Shown: positions 61,357 through 64,000 of the stretch, in pieces
Position numbering within the stretch: position 1 is the first letter of the stretch
How the letters are laid out: each line of letters begins with the position of its first letter
Assembly: GCA_964416505.1 (NCBI GenBank)
Contig: CAYQEJ010000001.1
Coordinates: 77,774-141,773 of the forward strand
From: an uncultured Gammaproteobacteria bacterium
GTDB taxonomy: Bacteria; Patescibacteriota; Microgenomatia; Levybacterales; UBA12049
Direction: 5' to 3'
Length of the DNA stretch: 64,000 nt
Notes under the pieces: model-generated
Database searches by the model: none
What the model saw: only the letters and a program-made list of their open reading frames with translations
Told to the model about the DNA's origin: nothing
Translations under genes and position numbers: made by a program

Positions 61357-61938
61357 CTATTTGATGCTTACTAGTTCTATTTCAAAAGCTAAAGGTGTGT
61401 TTGGAGGAATTGGTCCCGCTCCTGTTGGCCCATACGCTAAATCAGAAGGGATAAGAAGTTTTCTTTTTCCACCAACCTTCATTCCGATCAATCCTTGATC
61501 CCAACCTTGAATAACTTCTCCAGCTCCTACACTAAAACTAAATGTTTGATTTCTATCATAAGAGCTATCAAATTTTCTTCCATCTAGAAATGTACCTGAA
61601 TAATTAACTTCAGCAGTGTCCCCCGCTTTTACAGCGTTTCCATTTCCTACTTTTATATCTTCAATTTTTAATTCTGTTACATTTTCCATTGTTTGTGCTC
61701 CTTGAATCTTGTTTCCCGCTCCTACCATTGTCACAGGACTAGGTGTAGGAGAAGATACAATCGTTTTGACCGCTGTATCTTGATTTGCTTCAGTCGCTGT
61801 ATTTGGATTTCCAAAGTTTGTTAAGCTTTCACTCTGACTTTCCTTTGTGCCACTTACAGTATTATTCTTAGCATAAACTATTACTCCACCAACTGCTAGA
61901 AAACTGATTAGTATAAATACTATCAGACGACTGTTCAT
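61357..61938 (-). CDS. FKBP-type peptidyl-prolyl cis-trans isomerase (membrane-anchored/secreted)
   Basis: FKBP domain GDTAEVNYSGTFLDGRKFDSS...VIQGWDQGLIGMKVGGKRKLLIPSDLAYG...LAFEIELVSIK. Confidence 0.85.
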   Translation of the reverse strand: MNSRLIVFILISFLAVGGVIVYAKNNTVSGTKESQSESLTNFGNPNTATEANQDTAVKTIVSSPTPSPVTMVGAGNKIQGAQTMENVTELKIEDIKVGNGNAVKAGDTAEVNYSGTFLDGRKFDSSYDRNQTFSFSVGAGEVIQGWDQGLIGMKVGGKRKLLIPSDLAYGPTGAGPIPPNTPLAFEIELVSIK

Positions 61939-61997
61939 AAAAAAAGATTATATCAAAAAATTTAGATCTTTACTTGGTGTGTTATAATAACTTTCCT

Positions 61998-62417
61998 ATG
62001 AAAAAACTTGCTCTAATTGTCATAGCAATACTTCTTACCCCTTCACTAGTATATGCCGAGAGCTCAGCAACTGTAAAAATAAACAATAATGTTAACTCTT
62101 CAAGTAATTCAAATACATCGGTAACAAGTAAAACAAATATTACAGTGGAAACAGACGGAGAAGTTACATCTTATTCTTCTGATAAACCTGGAAATATAGA
62201 AGTAAAATCAGTAAATGGGAAAAGTGAAATCAAAGTAAACGGAGAGGTTGTTAAAGGAGAGTCTACGACCTCTGAGACTGATATTTCTAAAATTCCTACA
62301 GCTACATCTAGCGTATCCCCATCTCCAACAATGGATCAGGAGGAAAAGGAAAAGGAAATTAAAAATGTTCTAGAAAAAATTGAAGATTTAGTTAAGAAGC
62401 TTTTCTCTTTCTTTTAA
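61998..62417 (+). CDS. Hypothetical secreted Ser/Thr-rich protein
   Basis: Signal peptide MKKLALIVIAILLTPSLVYA, then a low-complexity S/T/N/E/K-rich sequence. TATAAT at 61983-61988 and TTAGAT at 61962-61967 lie upstream. Confidence 0.45.
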   Translation: MKKLALIVIAILLTPSLVYAESSATVKINNNVNSSSNSNTSVTSKTNITVETDGEVTSYSSDKPGNIEVKSVNGKSEIKVNGEVVKGESTTSETDISKIPTATSSVSPSPTMDQEEKEKEIKNVLEKIEDLVKKLFSFF

Positions 62418-64000
62418 ACTGTGATCTGAAAGTTAGATAATAAACTACCGGTATAAAGAAAAGCATTATAGTTCCAGAAAAAGTAAGACCTGCGATTATT
62501 GCTCCTCCAAGCCCTCTCCATAATGGATCAGATAACGTAATTGGCACGAGTCCTAAAATTGCAGTTAAGGACGTTAATGCTATTGGCTCAAGCCTACTTG
62601 CCGCCCCATCTGCGATACCTTCAATAAAGCTCATGCTTGTCTTCTCATTTGCCTGAATCTTATCAACTATAAGTATGGAGTTTTTTACAACAATTCCAAA
62701 AAGAGCTAATACTCCAATTAGCGCTGGAAATGAAAGATAAGTATTTGTAAGTGAAAATATTATAAATACTCCTGAAATAGATAAAGGAATTACTAGTAAA
62801 ACTATAAAAGCTTTTCTGAATGATGAGAACTGAAGCACCATAGTAACTAAGATTAATAGAAATGAAAGGATCATAGCAGTTAAAATAGAATTTACTGATT
62901 CTTGATTTTCTTCATTTACACCCCCTGTTTTCCATGAGTAACCATTTGGAAGATTTAAAGTTTTTGCATATTGTTCAAGATTTTTGTTCACGTCTTGAAT
63001 TGAGTAACTTCTTTTAACAGAAGCAGTAACTGAGATTGTCCTCTTACCTTCTTCGCGAGATACAAGAGTAGGGCTGGAAGATAATTCAAGCCTACCTAAC
63101 GAAGTTAAAGGAATTAACTGACCTGTATTTGGATTAACCAGCTGAATTTGATTTATGCTTTCAACAAATTCAACTGAATCTGAAAACCTTAAAGTAATAT
63201 CCTCTTCCTCATTTGAATCAGTTTCAAATTTCACTTTTGACAATTGAAAACCGCTTGCAAATGTTCTAAGAGAAAAACCTATTTGCTCTGAGCTAATGGA
63301 GTTTTCTGCTAATTTATTTTTGTCTGGAATAAATGTAATTTTACTCGTTCCGGGTTTTATAGATTTATCAACATTTGTAATTCCAGGTTGTGATTCTAAA
63401 TAACTTATTAAATCGTCAGCATATTTGTCTAAAGTCCCCAAATCAGGTCCTAATAGCTTTATTTGCACATCTGCTCCAGCTGGAGGACCACCACTTTCTT
63501 CATTTACAGATAATTTCCCTCGTGAATAATCTTTAAAATCATTTCTTATTTCTTCGGAAATTTCAAAAGAACTTTTCTTTTTATCTTCTTCAAAAACAAG
63601 TGTATATAAAAAGTTATTTGCCTCAGAACCTGCTGCGCTACCAAATTCATTTGTGGCCTGTCCCATATTTAACGATACGGTTTTAACCTCTTCAATTTTT
63701 TGTAACTTTGAAAAAATACTAAGCGCTTCTTTTCTTGATGTTTCCAAATTGGTTCCCGGTGGTAGCTCAACAGAAACGCTCAACTGATCAGCATCAGTTT
63801 TTGGAAAAAACTCATTCTTTACAAAACCAAGAGGAACTAATACATATGAAAAAATTGAAAATATTACTACCATTACTACAGTAAGCTTTAGACCTTTTTT
63901 TGAAGATAAAATTCCCTTAATTAAAGTCTGATATTTAAATGATAAATTTTCAAAACTTATTAATCCATGATCTAGTAAATCAGCATATCTTCTTGAAGGC
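62392..64000 (-). CDS. RND superfamily efflux transporter (AcrB-like), 5'-partial: C-terminal half only
   Basis: The frame stays open to the window end. The visible part matches the second RND repeat: TM7 plus periplasmic loop (…FPKTDADQLSVSVELPPGT…) through the C-terminal TM bundle (…GIVVKNSILIVD…LTSLTAILGLVPI…). Confidence 0.7.
   Translation of the reverse strand, partial: PSRRYADLLDHGLISFENLSFKYQTLIKGILSSKKGLKLTVVMVVIFSIFSYVLVPLGFVKNEFFPKTDADQLSVSVELPPGTNLETSRKEALSIFSKLQKIEEVKTVSLNMGQATNEFGSAAGSEANNFLYTLVFEEDKKKSSFEISEEIRNDFKDYSRGKLSVNEESGGPPAGADVQIKLLGPDLGTLDKYADDLISYLESQPGITNVDKSIKPGTSKITFIPDKNKLAENSISSEQIGFSLRTFASGFQLSKVKFETDSNEEEDITLRFSDSVEFVESINQIQLVNPNTGQLIPLTSLGRLELSSSPTLVSREEGKRTISVTASVKRSYSIQDVNKNLEQYAKTLNLPNGYSWKTGGVNEENQESVNSILTAMILSFLLILVTMVLQFSSFRKAFIVLLVIPLSISGVFIIFSLTNTYLSFPALIGVLALFGIVVKNSILIVDKIQANEKTSMSFIEGIADGAASRLEPIALTSLTAILGLVPITLSDPLWRGLGGAIIAGLTFSGTIMLFFIPVVYYLTFRSQFKRKRKAS

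Overview
This is a low-GC (~30%), gene-dense bacterial chromosome segment with frequent 4-8 nt start/stop overlaps. I found no rRNA, CRISPR array, transposase or integrase.

My guess at the organism is a Patescibacteria/CPR-like (possibly Microgenomates-like) genome. This is inference only. It rests on the compact, overlapping gene layout, a GatCAB operon, a type-2 IleRS with a HYGH motif, many GT2/GT-C glycosyltransferases, and a reduced ATP synthase operon.

Gene order from 5' to 3':
- an acidic low-complexity ORF, then tRNA-Gly(CCC) on the minus strand;
- a polytopic membrane protein and a LysM protein;
- tRNA-Asp(GTC) with a clear sigma70-like promoter;
- polX, lemA and htpX;
- the murT-gatD lipid II amidation pair;
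- gatC, a histidine phosphatase, gatA and gatB;
- a GGDEF protein, then dnaE;
- the F1Fo ATP synthase operon atpBEFHAGDC;
- a 548-aa orphan ORF of atypical composition, flanked by repeats;
- a GDE_C-like glycoside hydrolase and a GT4 glycosyltransferase, then tRNA-Thr(CGT);
- a ~26 kb surface-glycan biosynthesis supercluster (about 27.2-53.0 kb) ending at tRNA-Val(CAC). It holds Wzy-like, GT-C, GT2, GT4, three SAM methyltransferases, a Wzx flippase, an epimerase, a NodU/CmcH carbamoyltransferase and two GT2-polytopic membrane fusion proteins;
- lepB, parB, rpmA, rplU, ftsW/rodA and ileS;
- an acyltransferase-3, a CAP-domain protein, an L,D-transpeptidase and an FKBP;
- a 5'-truncated RND transporter at the window end.

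The most unusual signal is a five-copy GC-rich palindromic repeat family. It has the core TAGCYTCSCAAGGCCWGGCCTTGSGARGCTA, often preceded by CCTATAAC. Two copies sit in-frame inside essential genes (murT and gatA). One supplies the stop codon of a GT4 gene. Two bracket the compositionally atypical 548-aa ORF.
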